Below, in pieces: positions 1 through 16,383 of a stretch of 33,060 nt of DNA (within the stretch, counting starts at the first letter, position 1; every line of letters starts with the position of its first letter). A model generated the notes under the pieces. That model was not told the origin of the DNA, made no database searches, and saw only the letters and a list, made by a program, of their open reading frames with translations. A program made the translations under genes and the position numbers. The stretch comes from Escherichia coli (lineage in GTDB: Bacteria; Pseudomonadota; Gammaproteobacteria; Enterobacterales; Enterobacteriaceae): NCBI RefSeq assembly GCF_003334315.1, contig NZ_QOWR01000052.1, one strand, 5' to 3'.

Positions 1-60
1 AGTGGTGGCGCATTATAGGGAGTTATTCCGGCCTGACAAGAGGAAATTTAAAATAATTTT
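1..60 (-). promoter_or_regulatory. rRNA operon P1-type promoter (by synteny rrnA P1) with upstream A/T-rich UP element, transcribing leftwards out of the window
   Basis: Minus strand of 1-60 reads AGAAAATTATTTTAAATTTCCTCTTGTCAGGCCGGAATAACTCCCTATAATGCGCCACCACT: -35 TTGTCA (34-39), 16-bp spacer, -10 TATAAT (12-17), GC-rich discriminator GCGCCACC, matching the rrnB/rrnA P1 promoter as I remember it. hemG lies directly upstream of rrnA in E. coli. Confidence 0.8.
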
Positions 61-88
61 CTGACCGCGCATTTTTTATTCTTTATGC

Positions 89-634
89 TTATTTCAGCGT
101 CGGTTTGTCGGTTAAATGGGCGATTTCTCGGGCGAAATTCGCCACCTGCTCCCAATCGGTATAGACAACTTCTTTGCGCGTATCCGTTTCACCGCCTGAC
201 ATCTTCATAATCAGCTTGATCATAAAACGGTCGTACCAGCGATAACGTGGGTAACGCAGCGCCCCGGCAATGACCGCGCAGCGATCGGGACGCCATTGCG
301 AGTTCATCAGAAACTTGCGCGCGTAGCTGTTGGTCTGTGGAGTACGCTTCTCCGGTTTGCGCGCCACCAGATTCACGGAGTAAAAGGCGCTCGGCATCGA
401 ATTCAGCCGCGTCGCATGTTTTTTGACAAATTCCTGGAACGCTGAATGGTAGTGACCATAGCGAATAGAAGCACCAATGACCACACGGTCATAGTTTTCC
501 CACTGTGGTTCTTCAATGCGGTGCACATTGGCGACATCCGCCTGGATCCCCAGTTCTTTCAGTTCCGAAGCCAGGTAGGAGGCAATCTCGCGCGTTTGTC
601 CGTCCCTTGTTGAGAAAAGAATTAATGTTTTCAC
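89..634 (-). CDS. hemG: protoporphyrinogen IX oxidase HemG (flavodoxin-like, menaquinone-dependent)
   Basis: 181-aa ORF beginning [25 protein letters not shown], a flavodoxin-like fold; follows trkH as in E. coli. Confidence 0.9.
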   Translation of the reverse strand: MKTLILFSTRDGQTREIASYLASELKELGIQADVANVHRIEEPQWENYDRVVIGASIRYGHYHSAFQEFVKKHATRLNSMPSAFYSVNLVARKPEKRTPQTNSYARKFLMNSQWRPDRCAVIAGALRYPRYRWYDRFMIKLIMKMSGGETDTRKEVVYTDWEQVANFAREIAHLTDKPTLK

Positions 635-645
635 GTATTACTCCA

Positions 646-2097
646 TCATTCACGCCAGAAAGTCGGGGTAAAGAGCACCAGCAATGTAAAGACCTCGAGA
701 CGACCAAACAGCATGTTGGCAATCAGGATCCATTTAGCCACCGGGTTCATACTGGTAAAGTTATCAGCAACCACGCCAAGCCCTGGCCCCAGGTTATTCA
801 ATGTCGCAACAACCGACGCAAAGGCAGAAAAGTCATCCACGCCCGTGGCGATAATCGCCAGCATACTGACAATAAACACCAATGCATAGGCGGAGAAAAA
901 TCCCCAAACGGCTTCGAGGATACGTTCCGGCAGTGCGCGATTCCCCAGCTTAATGCTATAGACGGCGTTCGGATGCACCAGTCGTTTCAGCTCACGGTTC
1001 CCCTGCTTAAACAGCAGCAGGATGCGGATCACCTTCAGGCCACCGCCCGTTGACCCGGCGCAACCGCCGATAAAGGCTGAACATAAAAGCAGTACCGGCA
1101 AAAAGAGCGGCCAGCGGGCAATGCTGTCAGTTGTAAACCCGGCGGTTGTCGCCATCGACACCACCTGGAAAAACGCCTGGTTAATTGTCATCAGCGCCGA
1201 ACTGTAGACATTATGAAACCACAGTACGAGGGTACAAATAACCACCAGCGTAAACTGTACGCCGATAAACATGCGAAATTCCGGATCGCGCCAATAAACC
1301 TTCAGACTACGCCCACTTAACAGTGAAAAGTGCAGACCGTAGTTACAGCCGGAGATCAGCAGGAAGATAGCAATGATAGTGTTAATAGTCGGGCTATCGA
1401 AATAACCGATACTGGCATCATGTGTCGAGAAGCCGCCAATAGCGATAGTCGCAAAGCTATGGCCGATGGCATCAAAGGCATCCATTCCGGCAAACCACAA
1501 CGCCAGCGCACAGGCGACGGTCAGCAAGACATAAATCAACCACAGGGTTTTCGCCGTTTCCGCAATTCGCGGGCGCATTTTGTTATCTTTCAGCGGGCCG
1601 GGCATTTCTGCGCGATAGAGCTGCATCCCACCCACGCCGAGGATAGGCAGTATCGCAACCGCTAACACGATGATCCCCATCCCGCCAAACCATTGCAGCA
1701 TCTGGCGATAAAAGAGGATGGCATGAGGGAGCGAATCCAGCCCCACCAGCGTAGTGGCCCCGGTGGTGGTCAGGCCAGAGAAAGATTCAAAAAACGCATC
1801 GGTAATCGTGAGGTTCGGGCTTTCCGAGAAGATAAAAGGGAGCGCACCGACACTACCCAGCACGGTCCAGAACAGCACCACTATCAGAAACCCCTCACGG
1901 GATTTCAGTTCGCCCTTCTCTTTGCGGTTCGGCCACCACAGCATAGAGCCAATGGCGAGGGCGACAAAAAAGGTCTGGGTAAAAGCGCGGCCCGCTCCAT
2001 CCCGGTAGATGAGTGCTACCAGCCCTGGGATAATCATGGTCCCTGAAAATAAGATGACCAGTAGTCCAACGATTCGGGTAATGGCGCGAAAATGCAT
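646..2097 (-). CDS. trkH: Trk system potassium uptake protein TrkH
   Basis: 483-aa polytopic membrane ORF (MHFRAITRIVGLLVILFSG...) located between yigZ and hemG. Confidence 0.9.
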   Translation of the reverse strand: MHFRAITRIVGLLVILFSGTMIIPGLVALIYRDGAGRAFTQTFFVALAIGSMLWWPNRKEKGELKSREGFLIVVLFWTVLGSVGALPFIFSESPNLTITDAFFESFSGLTTTGATTLVGLDSLPHAILFYRQMLQWFGGMGIIVLAVAILPILGVGGMQLYRAEMPGPLKDNKMRPRIAETAKTLWLIYVLLTVACALALWFAGMDAFDAIGHSFATIAIGGFSTHDASIGYFDSPTINTIIAIFLLISGCNYGLHFSLLSGRSLKVYWRDPEFRMFIGVQFTLVVICTLVLWFHNVYSSALMTINQAFFQVVSMATTAGFTTDSIARWPLFLPVLLLCSAFIGGCAGSTGGGLKVIRILLLFKQGNRELKRLVHPNAVYSIKLGNRALPERILEAVWGFFSAYALVFIVSMLAIIATGVDDFSAFASVVATLNNLGPGLGVVADNFTSMNPVAKWILIANMLFGRLEVFTLLVLFTPTFWRE

Positions 2098-2135
2098 CTC
2101 TGCCGCTTCCTTAGTTCTGCAAAACGAAGTGGGGA

Positions 2136-2750
2136 TTATTCTTCAATCGCTAACAATTGCAATGAACCACGGCTAAAATCCGCCAGCTTTGCGGAAAATT
2201 CAGCCACTTTCGCCGCCGGAAGCGCCACCCGCAGCAGAACGAATGCCTGATAATCACTGTTGATAATTTTGCCGTCACACTGCCCCAGCAACGCTTCAAT
2301 GCCGGTTAACTGACTATATTCACATTGCAAAGTATATTCGGTTAATGGCGTCTTGCGTTGGGTCGTTAGCTGGCGCAGCGCCTGATTCACGCCGCCGCCA
2401 TACGCTTTCACTAACCCACCGGTGCCAAGCAATATGCCGCCGTAGTAGCGCACTACCACAGCGGTAATTTCCCCGACGCCGCTGCCCATTAGCTGGGCGA
2501 GCATCGGTTTACCTGCCGTTCCCGCCGGCTCCCCATCGTCAGAGAACCCCAGCTGTTGTGAATCATCCGGCGCACCCGCCACCCACGCCACGCAATGGTG
2601 GCGGGCATCGGGGTGTTCTGCCCGCACCGATTCAACAAACGCTTTCGCCGCCTCAACGCCATCGGTATGCGCCAACAGCGTAATGAAGCGGCTTTTTTTG
2701 ATCTCTTCAACGACCGTGACCGGTGCCGCAGGAATTAACCAGCTTTCCAT
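2136..2750 (-). CDS. yigZ: IMPACT-family protein YigZ (UPF0029), function uncharacterised
   Basis: [31 protein letters not shown]...; the six-frame track starts one codon earlier at GTG 2753, but the ATG at 2750 gives the 204-aa form and overlaps the pepQ stop by 1 nt (TGATG). Confidence 0.85.
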   Translation of the reverse strand: MESWLIPAAPVTVVEEIKKSRFITLLAHTDGVEAAKAFVESVRAEHPDARHHCVAWVAGAPDDSQQLGFSDDGEPAGTAGKPMLAQLMGSGVGEITAVVVRYYGGILLGTGGLVKAYGGGVNQALRQLTTQRKTPLTEYTLQCEYSQLTGIEALLGQCDGKIINSDYQAFVLLRVALPAAKVAEFSAKLADFSRGSLQLLAIEE

Positions 2751-4081
2751 CACGCCAGTTTCAGATCCCGGGTCATGTTTTCCACGTTGTTTTCGTGGAT
2801 CACCACGTTGTCTTCGATACGAATGCCGCCGAACGGTTTCAGTGCTTCAATTTTCTGCCAGTTGAAGTGTTTGCTGAACTGCCCTTCACGCCACGGCGCC
2901 AGCAGCGATTCGATGAAGTAGATACCCGGTTCGATGGTTAACACCATGCCTGGCTGGAGAATACGGGTGCAGCGCAGGTACGGATATTTTGCCGGTGCCG
3001 CGAGATGCGTACCGCTATCATCCTGCATAAAACCAGCGACATCATGCACCTGGAGGCCCAGCGGATGGCCGATACCGTGCGGCATAAACGGTCCGGTGAG
3101 ATCGTTTTCGACCATCGCTTCTTCACTCATATCGGTGATGATTTGATGTTTACGCAGCAATTTGGCGATGCGCTGATGGAACTGGATGTGGTAATCCACA
3201 TAGCTGACGCCAGCTTTCATGGTGGCGATCAGCGCCAGTTGTTCATCATTTACGTCTTTCACCAGCTGTGCGTAGTCGTTGTCGCTTTTTGCCGACCAGG
3301 TACGGGTCAGGTCAGCCGCATAGCCGTTATATTCGGCCCCGGCATCCAGCAGGAAGCTGCGCATCTCTTCCGGCGCCTGATGATCCAGTTTGGTGTAATG
3401 CAGCACCGCAGCGTGTTCGTTGAGCGCCACAATGTTGCTGTAAGGTACGTCGGTATCACGATGACCGGTCGCGGTCAGATAGGCAATATTGATATCGAAC
3501 TCGCTCATGCCAGAACGGAACGCTTCTTCTGCCGCACGATGACCGTTGACCGCCATTTTCTGCGCTTCACGCATACAGGCCAGTTCGTACTCGGTTTTGA
3601 AGGAGCGGTAGTAATGCAGGTAGTCGATCACCCCTTTCGGGTTGATGTTGCTGGCCTCAATACCCAGTTGCAGCGCACGTTCTGGCACCGGACCGATATA
3701 ACCGATATTGCCGCGCGCAGCAGGCAGCAGGCTACCAATGCCATCGGCTTTCGGCAGCGCGATCACTTCCACATCTTCAGTCCAGAAGGAGGTCGGCAGC
3801 GGTTCGACGTTGTGCCAGTAATCAACCGGCAGATAAAACCACAGTTTCGGCTTGTTCACACCATCCACCAGCAACCAGCAGTTTGGCACCTGAGTTACCG
3901 GCACCCACGCTTTGAATTGCGGGTTCACTTTAAACGGATAGGGATGATCGTCGAGAAAAACATTGAACAGCTCGCCGGAGTGAATAAGTAACGCATCCAG
4001 CTTGAAGCGCGCCAGCGCATCGCGAGTCCGTTCTTGTAAGGTAGCTATATGATTTTTATAGAGCGAGGCCAGTGATTCCAT
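2750..4081 (-). CDS. pepQ: Xaa-Pro dipeptidase (prolidase) PepQ
   Basis: 443-aa [29 protein letters not shown]... with M24 metallopeptidase-type HxxGHxxGLxxHD region; divergent from fadB. Confidence 0.92.
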
Positions 4082-4228
4082 TTTTTACCCTTCTGTTTTT
4101 TTGACCTTAAGTCTCCGCATCTTAGCACATCGTTCATCCAGAGCGTGATTTCTGCCGAGCGTGATCAGATCGGCATTTCTTTAATCTTTTATTTGCATAT
4201 TTTTAACACAAAATACACACTTCGACTC

Positions 4229-4245
4229 ATCTGGTACGACCAGAT
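4229..4245. promoter_or_regulatory. FadR operator in the fadBA promoter
   Basis: Perfect palindrome ATCTGGTACGACCAGAT 26 bp upstream of the fadB ATG; matches the FadR operator half-sites (TGGT...ACCA) known at fadB. Confidence 0.75.
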
Positions 4246-4270
4246 CACCTTGCGGATTCAGGAGACTGAC

Positions 4271-6460
4271 ATGCTTTACAAAGGCGACACCCTGTACCTT
4301 GACTGGCTGGAAGATGGCATTGCCGAACTGGTATTTGATGCCCCAGGTTCAGTTAATAAACTCGACACTGCGACCGTCGCCAGCCTCGGCGAGGCCATCG
4401 GCGTGCTGGAACAGCAATCAGATCTAAAAGGGCTGCTGCTGCGTTCGAACAAAGCAGCCTTTATCGTCGGTGCTGATATCACCGAATTTTTGTCCCTGTT
4501 CCTCGTTCCTGAAGAACAGTTAAGCCAGTGGCTGCATTTTGCCAATAGCGTGTTTAATCGCCTGGAAGATCTGCCGGTGCCAACCATTGCTGCCGTCAAT
4601 GGCTATGCGCTGGGCGGTGGCTGCGAATGCGTGCTGGCGACCGATTATCGTCTGGCGACACCGGAGCTGCGCATCGGTTTGCCGGAAACCAAACTGGGCA
4701 TCATGCCTGGCTTTGGCGGTTCTGTACGTATGCCACGTATGCTGGGCGCTGACAGTGCGCTGGAAATCATTGCCGCCGGTAAAGATGTCGGCGCGGACCA
4801 GGCGCTGAAAATCGGTCTGGTGGATGGCGTAGTCAAAGCAGAAAAACTGATTGAAGGGGCGATGGCGATTTTACGCCAGGCCATTAACGGCGACCTCGAC
4901 TGGAAAGCGAAACGTCAGCCGAAGCTGGAACCGCTAAAACTGAGCAAGATTGAAGCCACCATGAGCTTCACCATCGCTAAAGGGATGGTCGCACAAACGG
5001 CGGGGAAACATTATCCGGCCCCCATCACCGCAGTAAAAACCATTGAAGCTGCGGCCCGTTTTGGTCGTGAAGAAGCTCTAAACCTGGAAAACAAAAGTTT
5101 TGTCCCGCTGGCGCATACCAACGAAGCTCGCGCACTGGTCGGCATATTCCTTAACGATCAATATGTAAAAGGCAAAGCGAAGAAACTCACCAAAGACGTT
5201 GAAACCCCGAAACAGGCCGCTGTGCTGGGCGCAGGCATTATGGGCGGCGGCATCGCTTACCAGTCTGCGTGGAAAGGCGTGCCGGTTGTCATGAAAGATA
5301 TCAACGACAAGTCGTTAACCCTCGGCATGACCGAAGCCGCGAAACTGCTGAACAAGCAGCTTGAGCGCGGCAAGATCGATGGTCTGAAACTGGCTGGCGT
5401 GATCTCTACAATCCACCCAACGCTCGACTACGCCGGGTTTGACCGCGTGGATGTTGTGGTAGAAGCGGTTGTCGAAAACCCGAAAGTGAAAAAAGCCGTA
5501 CTGGCAGAAACCGAGCAGAAAGTACGCCCGGATACCGTGCTGGCGTCTAACACTTCAACCATTCCTATCAGCGAACTGGCCAACGCGCTGGAACGTCCGG
5601 AAAACTTCTGCGGGATGCACTTCTTTAACCCGGTCCACCGGATGCCGTTGGTGGAAATTATTCGCGGCGAGAAAAGCTCTGACGAAACCATCGCGAAAGT
5701 CGTCGCCTGGGCGAGCAAGATGGGCAAAACGCCAATTGTGGTTAACGACTGCCCCGGCTTCTTCGTCAACCGCGTGCTGTTCCCGTATTTCGCCGGTTTC
5801 AGCCAGTTGCTGCGCGACGGCGCGGATTTCCGCAAGATCGACAAAGTGATGGAAAAACAGTTTGGCTGGCCGATGGGTCCGGCATATCTGCTGGATGTCG
5901 TGGGCATTGACACCGCGCATCACGCTCAGGCGGTGATGGCAGCAGGCTTCCCGCAGCGGATGCAGAAAGATTATCGCGATGCCATCGACGCGCTGTTTGA
6001 TGCCAACCGCTTTGGTCAGAAGAACGGCCTCGGTTTCTGGCGTTATAAAGAAGACAGCAAAGGTAAGCCGAAGAAAGAAGAAGACGCCGCTGTTGACGAC
6101 CTGCTAGTAGAAGTGAGCCAGCCGAAGCGCGATTTCAGCGAAGAAGAGATTATCGCCCGCATGATGATCCCGATGGTCAACGAAGTGGTGCGTTGTCTGG
6201 AAGAAGGCATTATCGCCACTCCGGCAGAAGCGGATATGGCGCTGGTCTACGGCCTGGGCTTCCCTCCGTTCCACGGCGGCGCGTTCCGCTGGCTGGACAC
6301 CCTCGGCAGCGCGAAATACCTCGATATGGCACAGCAATATCAGCACCTCGGCCCGCTGTATGAAGTGCCGGAAGGTCTGCGTAATAAAGCGCGTCATAAC
6401 GAACCGTACTATCCACCAGTTGAGCCAGCCCGTCCGGTTGGCGACCTGAAAACGGCTTAA
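4271..6460 (+). CDS. fadB: fatty acid oxidation complex alpha subunit (enoyl-CoA hydratase / 3-hydroxyacyl-CoA dehydrogenase / epimerase)
   Basis: ORF from ATG 4271 ([32 protein letters not shown]), 729 aa, with GGAG RBS at 4261-4264. The six-frame ORF starting at 4145 is an in-frame upstream extension with no RBS and overlaps the FadR site. Confidence 0.93.
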   Translation: MLYKGDTLYLDWLEDGIAELVFDAPGSVNKLDTATVASLGEAIGVLEQQSDLKGLLLRSNKAAFIVGADITEFLSLFLVPEEQLSQWLHFANSVFNRLEDLPVPTIAAVNGYALGGGCECVLATDYRLATPELRIGLPETKLGIMPGFGGSVRMPRMLGADSALEIIAAGKDVGADQALKIGLVDGVVKAEKLIEGAMAILRQAINGDLDWKAKRQPKLEPLKLSKIEATMSFTIAKGMVAQTAGKHYPAPITAVKTIEAAARFGREEALNLENKSFVPLAHTNEARALVGIFLNDQYVKGKAKKLTKDVETPKQAAVLGAGIMGGGIAYQSAWKGVPVVMKDINDKSLTLGMTEAAKLLNKQLERGKIDGLKLAGVISTIHPTLDYAGFDRVDVVVEAVVENPKVKKAVLAETEQKVRPDTVLASNTSTIPISELANALERPENFCGMHFFNPVHRMPLVEIIRGEKSSDETIAKVVAWASKMGKTPIVVNDCPGFFVNRVLFPYFAGFSQLLRDGADFRKIDKVMEKQFGWPMGPAYLLDVVGIDTAHHAQAVMAAGFPQRMQKDYRDAIDALFDANRFGQKNGLGFWRYKEDSKGKPKKEEDAAVDDLLVEVSQPKRDFSEEEIIARMMIPMVNEVVRCLEEGIIATPAEADMALVYGLGFPPFHGGAFRWLDTLGSAKYLDMAQQYQHLGPLYEVPEGLRNKARHNEPYYPPVEPARPVGDLKTA

Positions 6461-7633
<1,173 letters not shown>

Positions 7634-7639
7634 CCACTT

Positions 7640-7826
<187 letters not shown>

Positions 7827-7884
7827 TTTGCCAGATACGTCATAGATCTAAATGCCACTGAATAAAGTTTTAGTTGCCGTTCTT

Positions 7885-7910
7885 CCCGCCTGTCAGGGGC
7901 GGGTTTTTTT
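7885..7910 (+). terminator. Rho-independent terminator downstream of fadBA
   Basis: Stem CCCGCC / GGCGGG with loop TGTCAGG followed by TTTTTTT (7904-7910); lies 6 bp from the fre stop on the opposite strand. Confidence 0.7.
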
Positions 7911-7915
7911 ATATC

Positions 7916-8617
7916 TCAGATAAATGCAAACGCATCGCCAAACAGGCGATCTTCCCGCGCATTACGCTCACTGCAAAACAGGTCACGGGCAATTTTCGCC
8001 ATCTCAAAACGTCCGGCAATATAGATATCATGCTCTGCCAGCGTACCATGATCCTGCAATACCGCCGTTAACACGGTACCAGTACGCCCACGCCAGCCTG
8101 CTTCCGGTTGTTCAACCACCGGCACCACTTGCAGACCAGGGTGCTTTAACGAAAGCGCCTCAAGCTCGCAGAGATCATACAGATGCTGCTCTTCACGCCC
8201 GCCCCAGTAAATGGTGATATCACGGTTTGGGTTACGCGCCAACGCTGTCAGCAAAATCGAGCGGGCATAAGAGAACCCGGTGCCGCCCGCAATCAAAATC
8301 ATCGGACGCTCTTCATCATCGCGCAGCCACGCTTCTCCGTGGGGAATATCGACCACGATTTGATGATCTTTGAGGATGCGGTCCATGACTGCTTTCGCGT
8401 AAAGGTTGATTTCAGAAGCGCCAATATGCAGCTCGATAAACCCTTTTTCATCCGGCGTCGAGGCCATTGAGAACGGACGTTTGTCGCGCTCATCCATCAC
8501 TACCATCAAATACTGACCAGCACGAAAAGAAAAGGCCGCGTCTGGCACGATGCGGACACGATATACGGTATCCGTGATAGCTTCTACCGAGGTCACTTTA
8601 CAGCTTAAGGTTGTCAT
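7916..8617 (-). CDS. fre: NAD(P)H-flavin reductase Fre
   Basis: [32 protein letters not shown]... (233 aa from ATG 8617); the six-frame track begins 11 codons upstream. Ferredoxin-NADP reductase fold. Confidence 0.88.
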
Positions 8618-8662
8618 GCGCTTTCTCTGTCGGATCGATAAATAGGGCAAAACAAACGCGCA

Positions 8663-10156
8663 TCAGGCGCTTTTACCGTTGTTAAAAATAGCCAGTTCAT
8701 CCCAGATGGCGTCAATATGCGCGACAACATCTGGATCTTTTTTGATGGGACGTCCCCATTCACGCTGGGTTTCCCCCGGCCATTTATTCGTGGCATCCAG
8801 CCCCATTTTTGAACCCAGCCCGGAGACAGGCGAGGCAAAATCCAGATAATCAATAGGCGTATTTTCTACCAGAACAGTATCCCGCGCCGGGTCCATACGG
8901 GTGGTAATCGCCCAAATCACATCGTTCCAGTCGCGTGCGTTGACGTCATCATCGCAAACGATCACAAATTTAGTGTACATAAACTGGCGTAAGAACGACC
9001 AGACGCCCATCATGACGCGCTTCGCGTGTCCGGCGTACTGTTTTTTGATCGTCACTACCGCCAGACGATAAGAACAGCCTTCCGGCGGCAGGTAAAAATC
9101 GACAATTTCCGGGAACTGTTTTTGCAGAATCGGTACAAACACTTCGTTCAACGCCACGCCCAGTACCGCGGGCTCATCTGGCGGACGCCCGGTATAGGTG
9201 GAATGGTAAATCGCATCTTCACGCTGGGTAATATGCGTCACGGTAAACACCGGGAAACTATCGACTTCATTATAGTAACCTGTGTGGTCACCATACGGCC
9301 CTTCCGGCGCCATCTCACCAGGATCGATATACCCTTCCAGGACGATTTCGGCACTGGCTGGCACTTCGAGGTCATTGGAAATACACTTTACTACTTCGGT
9401 TTTGGTGCCGCGTAGCAATCCGGCAAACGCATACTCTGAAAGCGTATCCGGAACGGGGGTGACTGCACCGAGAATCGTGGCAGGATCGGCACCCAGCGCC
9501 ACAGAAACCGGGAAACGTTCGCCCGGATGCGCCGCACACCACTCCTGATAATCCAGCGCGCCGCCGCGATGCGACAGCCAGCGCATAATCAGTTTGTTTT
9601 TACCAATCAGCTGCTGGCGATAAATGCCCAGATTCTGCCGCTCTTTATGCGGGCCGCGCGTCACTGTCAGCCCCCAGGTAATCAGCGGTGCGGCATCTTC
9701 CGGCCAGCAGGTCATAATGGGAATGCGATTGAGATCGACGTCATCGCCAGAGACGATTTTTTGTTGGCAGGGCGCACCACGCAGCCGCTTTGTCGGCATG
9801 TTCAATACTTGCTTAAACTGCGGCAGTTTATCAAACAGGTCGCGGAAACCTTTTGGCGGCTCCGGCTCTTTCAGAAACGCCAATAATTTACCAACTTCAC
9901 GCAGCGCCGAAACATCTTCCTGCCCCATGCCCATCGCCACGCGCTTTGGCGTACCGAACAGGTTGCACAGCACCGGCATTGAGTAGCCTTTAGGGTTTTC
10001 GAACAACAGCGCAGGCCCACCGGCACGCAAAGTGCGGTCAGCAATTTCAGTGATTTCCAGATGCGGATCCACCGGGAGCGTGATACGTTTTAGCTCACCC
10101 TGCTGTTCAAGCAGCGTCAGGAAGTCGCGTAAATCGTTATATTTCATGGCGTCCAT
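8663..10156 (-). CDS. ubiD: 3-octaprenyl-4-hydroxybenzoate decarboxylase UbiD
   Basis: 497-aa [44 protein letters not shown]...; UbiD family. Confidence 0.93.
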   Translation of the reverse strand: MDAMKYNDLRDFLTLLEQQGELKRITLPVDPHLEITEIADRTLRAGGPALLFENPKGYSMPVLCNLFGTPKRVAMGMGQEDVSALREVGKLLAFLKEPEPPKGFRDLFDKLPQFKQVLNMPTKRLRGAPCQQKIVSGDDVDLNRIPIMTCWPEDAAPLITWGLTVTRGPHKERQNLGIYRQQLIGKNKLIMRWLSHRGGALDYQEWCAAHPGERFPVSVALGADPATILGAVTPVPDTLSEYAFAGLLRGTKTEVVKCISNDLEVPASAEIVLEGYIDPGEMAPEGPYGDHTGYYNEVDSFPVFTVTHITQREDAIYHSTYTGRPPDEPAVLGVALNEVFVPILQKQFPEIVDFYLPPEGCSYRLAVVTIKKQYAGHAKRVMMGVWSFLRQFMYTKFVIVCDDDVNARDWNDVIWAITTRMDPARDTVLVENTPIDYLDFASPVSGLGSKMGLDATNKWPGETQREWGRPIKKDPDVVAHIDAIWDELAIFNNGKSA

Positions 10157-10277
10157 TGTAGCCTCTTAATCTACGCCCATTATACGGCGTTCATCTTTGC
10201 GATGCTGTAAATTTGTTAAATTAGCGTGAACTCTGACGGTATAACGCAAACCGGGGAATATAATTAACTTAGCGTAA

Positions 10278-11590
<1,313 letters not shown>

Positions 11591-11631
11591 CCTGTACTCC
11601 ATATGACAACCGCCCTGACGGGCGGTTGAAT

Positions 11632-12408
11632 TTATTCTTCAGTTTTTTCGCTTTCTGCTTCAGCGTCGTTTTCCTCTTCCCGATTTCGCCCTTTACCAAC
11701 GTAAAAGCGTGAGAAGAAGACACCGATTTCAAACAGACAGTACATCGGGATCGCCAACAGCGTTTGCGAGAAGACATCCGGCGGTGTCAGCAGCATCCCG
11801 ACAACGAATGCACCAACCAGCACATACGGGCGTTTTTTGCGTAAGTCTTCTGGCGAGGTAATCCCCATCCAGCACAGCAGCACAATTGCCACAGGCACTT
11901 CAAAGGAGACACCAAACGCCATAAACAACGCCATAACGAAGCTTAAATAACTGGCGATGTCGGTGGATACCTGTACCCCTTCCGGCGCGGTATTGGCAAG
12001 GAAGCCAAATGCCAGCGGAAAGACCACAAAGTAGGCGAACGCCATACCGATATAAAACAGCAGAGAGCTGGAAACCAGCAACGGCACCACAAGGCGACGT
12101 TCATGCTTATACAGCGCTGGGGCGATAAATGCCCACACCTGATAGAGAATCACCGGCGCTGACAGAATCAGCGACACCATAAAGGTCAGCTTGATCGGCG
12201 TAAAGAACGGCGAGGCCACGTCGGTGGCGATCATCGTTGAACCTTGCGGCAACTGCTTGATCAATGGCGCGGATACCAGGTGATAGATGTCATTGGCGAA
12301 ATAGACCAGACACAGGAATATCACGATCACCGCGATAATGCAGTTCAGCAGACGCTTACGCAGCTCAATCAGATGCGTGATAAGCGGTTGAGTATCTTCT
12401 ACAGACAT
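11632..12408 (-). CDS. tatC: twin-arginine translocase subunit TatC
   Basis: 258-aa six-[32 protein letters not shown]... Confidence 0.93.
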
Positions 12409-12410
12409 GT

Positions 12411-12926
12411 TTACGGTTTATCACTCGACGAAGGGGAAGGTGCAGCGGTTTTCGGTTCAGCGTCCGCAGCAGGTTTTACCACCGACTCTGGCGTGGTTTC
12501 TGGCTTCTGTTCCGGCGAACTGGCCTGCGTTTGTGCAGCAGCAGGCGTTACGCCTTCATGCGCAGCTTCATTGTCTTTCACCACCGGGTTATGGATGGTG
12601 TGCGCTTCATCGCTCGCCTTTTCAGGATCGTTTGCAACGTAGGAACGCTTCATCGACTCCGCGGCCTGGCGTAATTCATCCATCGACGCTTTCAGTTCGG
12701 GCGTCAGGTTAGTGAGGCTCGCCTTTTCAACCTTTTTCAGACTGTCCTGAAACTCCTGGAGTTTTAACTCCTGGGTCAGTTCGTTCTGCACCGTTGTCGC
12801 CAGTGAACGCAACGCGCGAATCCAGCCCGCTACCGTTTTTACCGCCACAGGCAGTCGTTGCGGCCCCAGAACGACGAGGCCGATGATGAACACCAATAGC
12901 AGTTCGCTAAAACCGATATCAAACAC
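12411..12926 (-). CDS. tatB: twin-arginine translocase subunit TatB
   Basis: 171-aa [46 protein letters not shown]...; ends 2 nt before tatC. Confidence 0.93.
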
Positions 12927-12929
12927 GGA

Positions 12930-13199
12930 TTACACCTGCTCTTTATCGTGGCGCTTCGCGTCTTCTGTTTTAGCCTGTTCCTGATTCGTATCCGCCTGCT
13001 TATCGGCGATAGTTTTCGCAGTAAAATCAGCATCCTGACTGGTTTTATCCTGCTTTGGTTCATCATCGCTCATTGCTTTTTTAAAGCCTTTGATCGACGC
13101 ACCAAGATCGGAACCGATGGAGCCGAGCTTTTTGGTGCCAAAAAGCAGTACAACGATGACGGCAATAATCAATAACTGCCAAATACTGATACCACCCAT
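12930..13199 (-). CDS. tatA: twin-arginine translocase subunit TatA
   Basis: [50 protein letters not shown]... (89 aa from ATG 13199); the six-frame track extends 14 codons upstream. Confidence 0.9.
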   Translation of the reverse strand: MGGISIWQLLIIAVIVVLLFGTKKLGSIGSDLGASIKGFKKAMSDDEPKQDKTSQDADFTAKTIADKQADTNQEQAKTEDAKRHDKEQV

Positions 13200-13277
13200 A
13201 CATGTTCCTCTGTGGTAGATGATGATTAAACAAGGCCGCATTATACGTTACACGGCCCGCCTTGAGCGATGAAAAAA

Positions 13278-15520
<2,243 letters not shown>

Positions 15521-15533
15521 TTCCGGTCTCCTG

Positions 15534-16289
15534 TCAGAACTTATAACCACGATGCAGCGCCACAACCCCTGCCGTCAGATTGTAGTAGTCGACACTTTCG
15601 AATCCGGCATCCTGCATCATGGCTTTCAGGGTATCCTGATCGGGATGCATACGGATGGATTCTGCCAGATAACGGTAGCTGTCGGCGTCGTTCGCGACCA
15701 GTGAGCCAATACGCGGCAGCACATGGAAGGAGTATGCATCATAGGCTTTGCTCAGCGGCTCGATAATTGGCTTCGAGAACTCAAGCACCAGCAGGCGGCC
15801 GCCGGGTTTCAGCACGCGATACATTGAACGCAGTGCTTTATCTTTGTCGGTGACGTTACGCAGACCAAACGAAATGGTGATGCAATCAAAGGTGTTATCC
15901 GGGAACGGCAGCGCCTCAGCGTTCGCCTGAACATACTCAACGTTGCCAATCACACCGATATTACGCAGCTTCTCGCGGCCCATTTTGAGCATGGATTCAT
16001 TGATATCAGCAAGGACCACTTTGCCAGTTTCTCCGACCAGGCGGGAGAATTTCGCTGTCAGGTCGCCGGTGCCACCAGCCAGATCCAGCACGGTCTGCCC
16101 ACGGCGTACGCCGCTGCAATCAATCGTGAATCGCTTCCACAAACGATGAATACCAAATGACATCAAATCATTCATGACATCGTATTTTGATGCCACGGAA
16201 TGGAAAACGTGGGCGACCATATCCGCTTTTTGTTCCTTCGCGACGGTCTGAAAACCAAAGTGCGTCGTTTCTTGTGACTTATCCACCAT
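15534..16289 (-). CDS. ubiE: demethylmenaquinone / 2-methoxy-6-polyprenyl-1,4-benzoquinol C-methyltransferase UbiE
   Basis: 251-aa [49 protein letters not shown]... with SAM-binding motif [11 protein letters not shown]. Confidence 0.93.
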
Positions 16290-16383
16290 CTCAATGCCTG
16301 CTCATCAAAAAATTGTTCCAGAAGTGTAACAGATTGGGCGTCGATGCCCTAGATTTCTACCCGGCTTAACTACTCCCAATGGG

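Noticed and set aside
3005-3991. 328-aa plus-strand ORF lying entirely inside pepQ on the opposite strand
   Set aside because: It is antisense to a well-supported gene, has no RBS or recognisable protein features, and long antisense ORFs are common opposite GC-rich, codon-biased genes. Likewise rejected: 505-1053 (+), 17994-18668 (+), 20469-21044 (+), 21513-22106 (+), 23295-24062 (+), 5555-5923 (-), 6104-6568 (-), 14019-14645 (+).
4145-4270. 42-codon upstream extension of fadB
   Set aside because: It runs through the promoter and FadR operator and has no RBS; the ATG at 4271 has a GGAG RBS and gives the known MLYKGD N-terminus.
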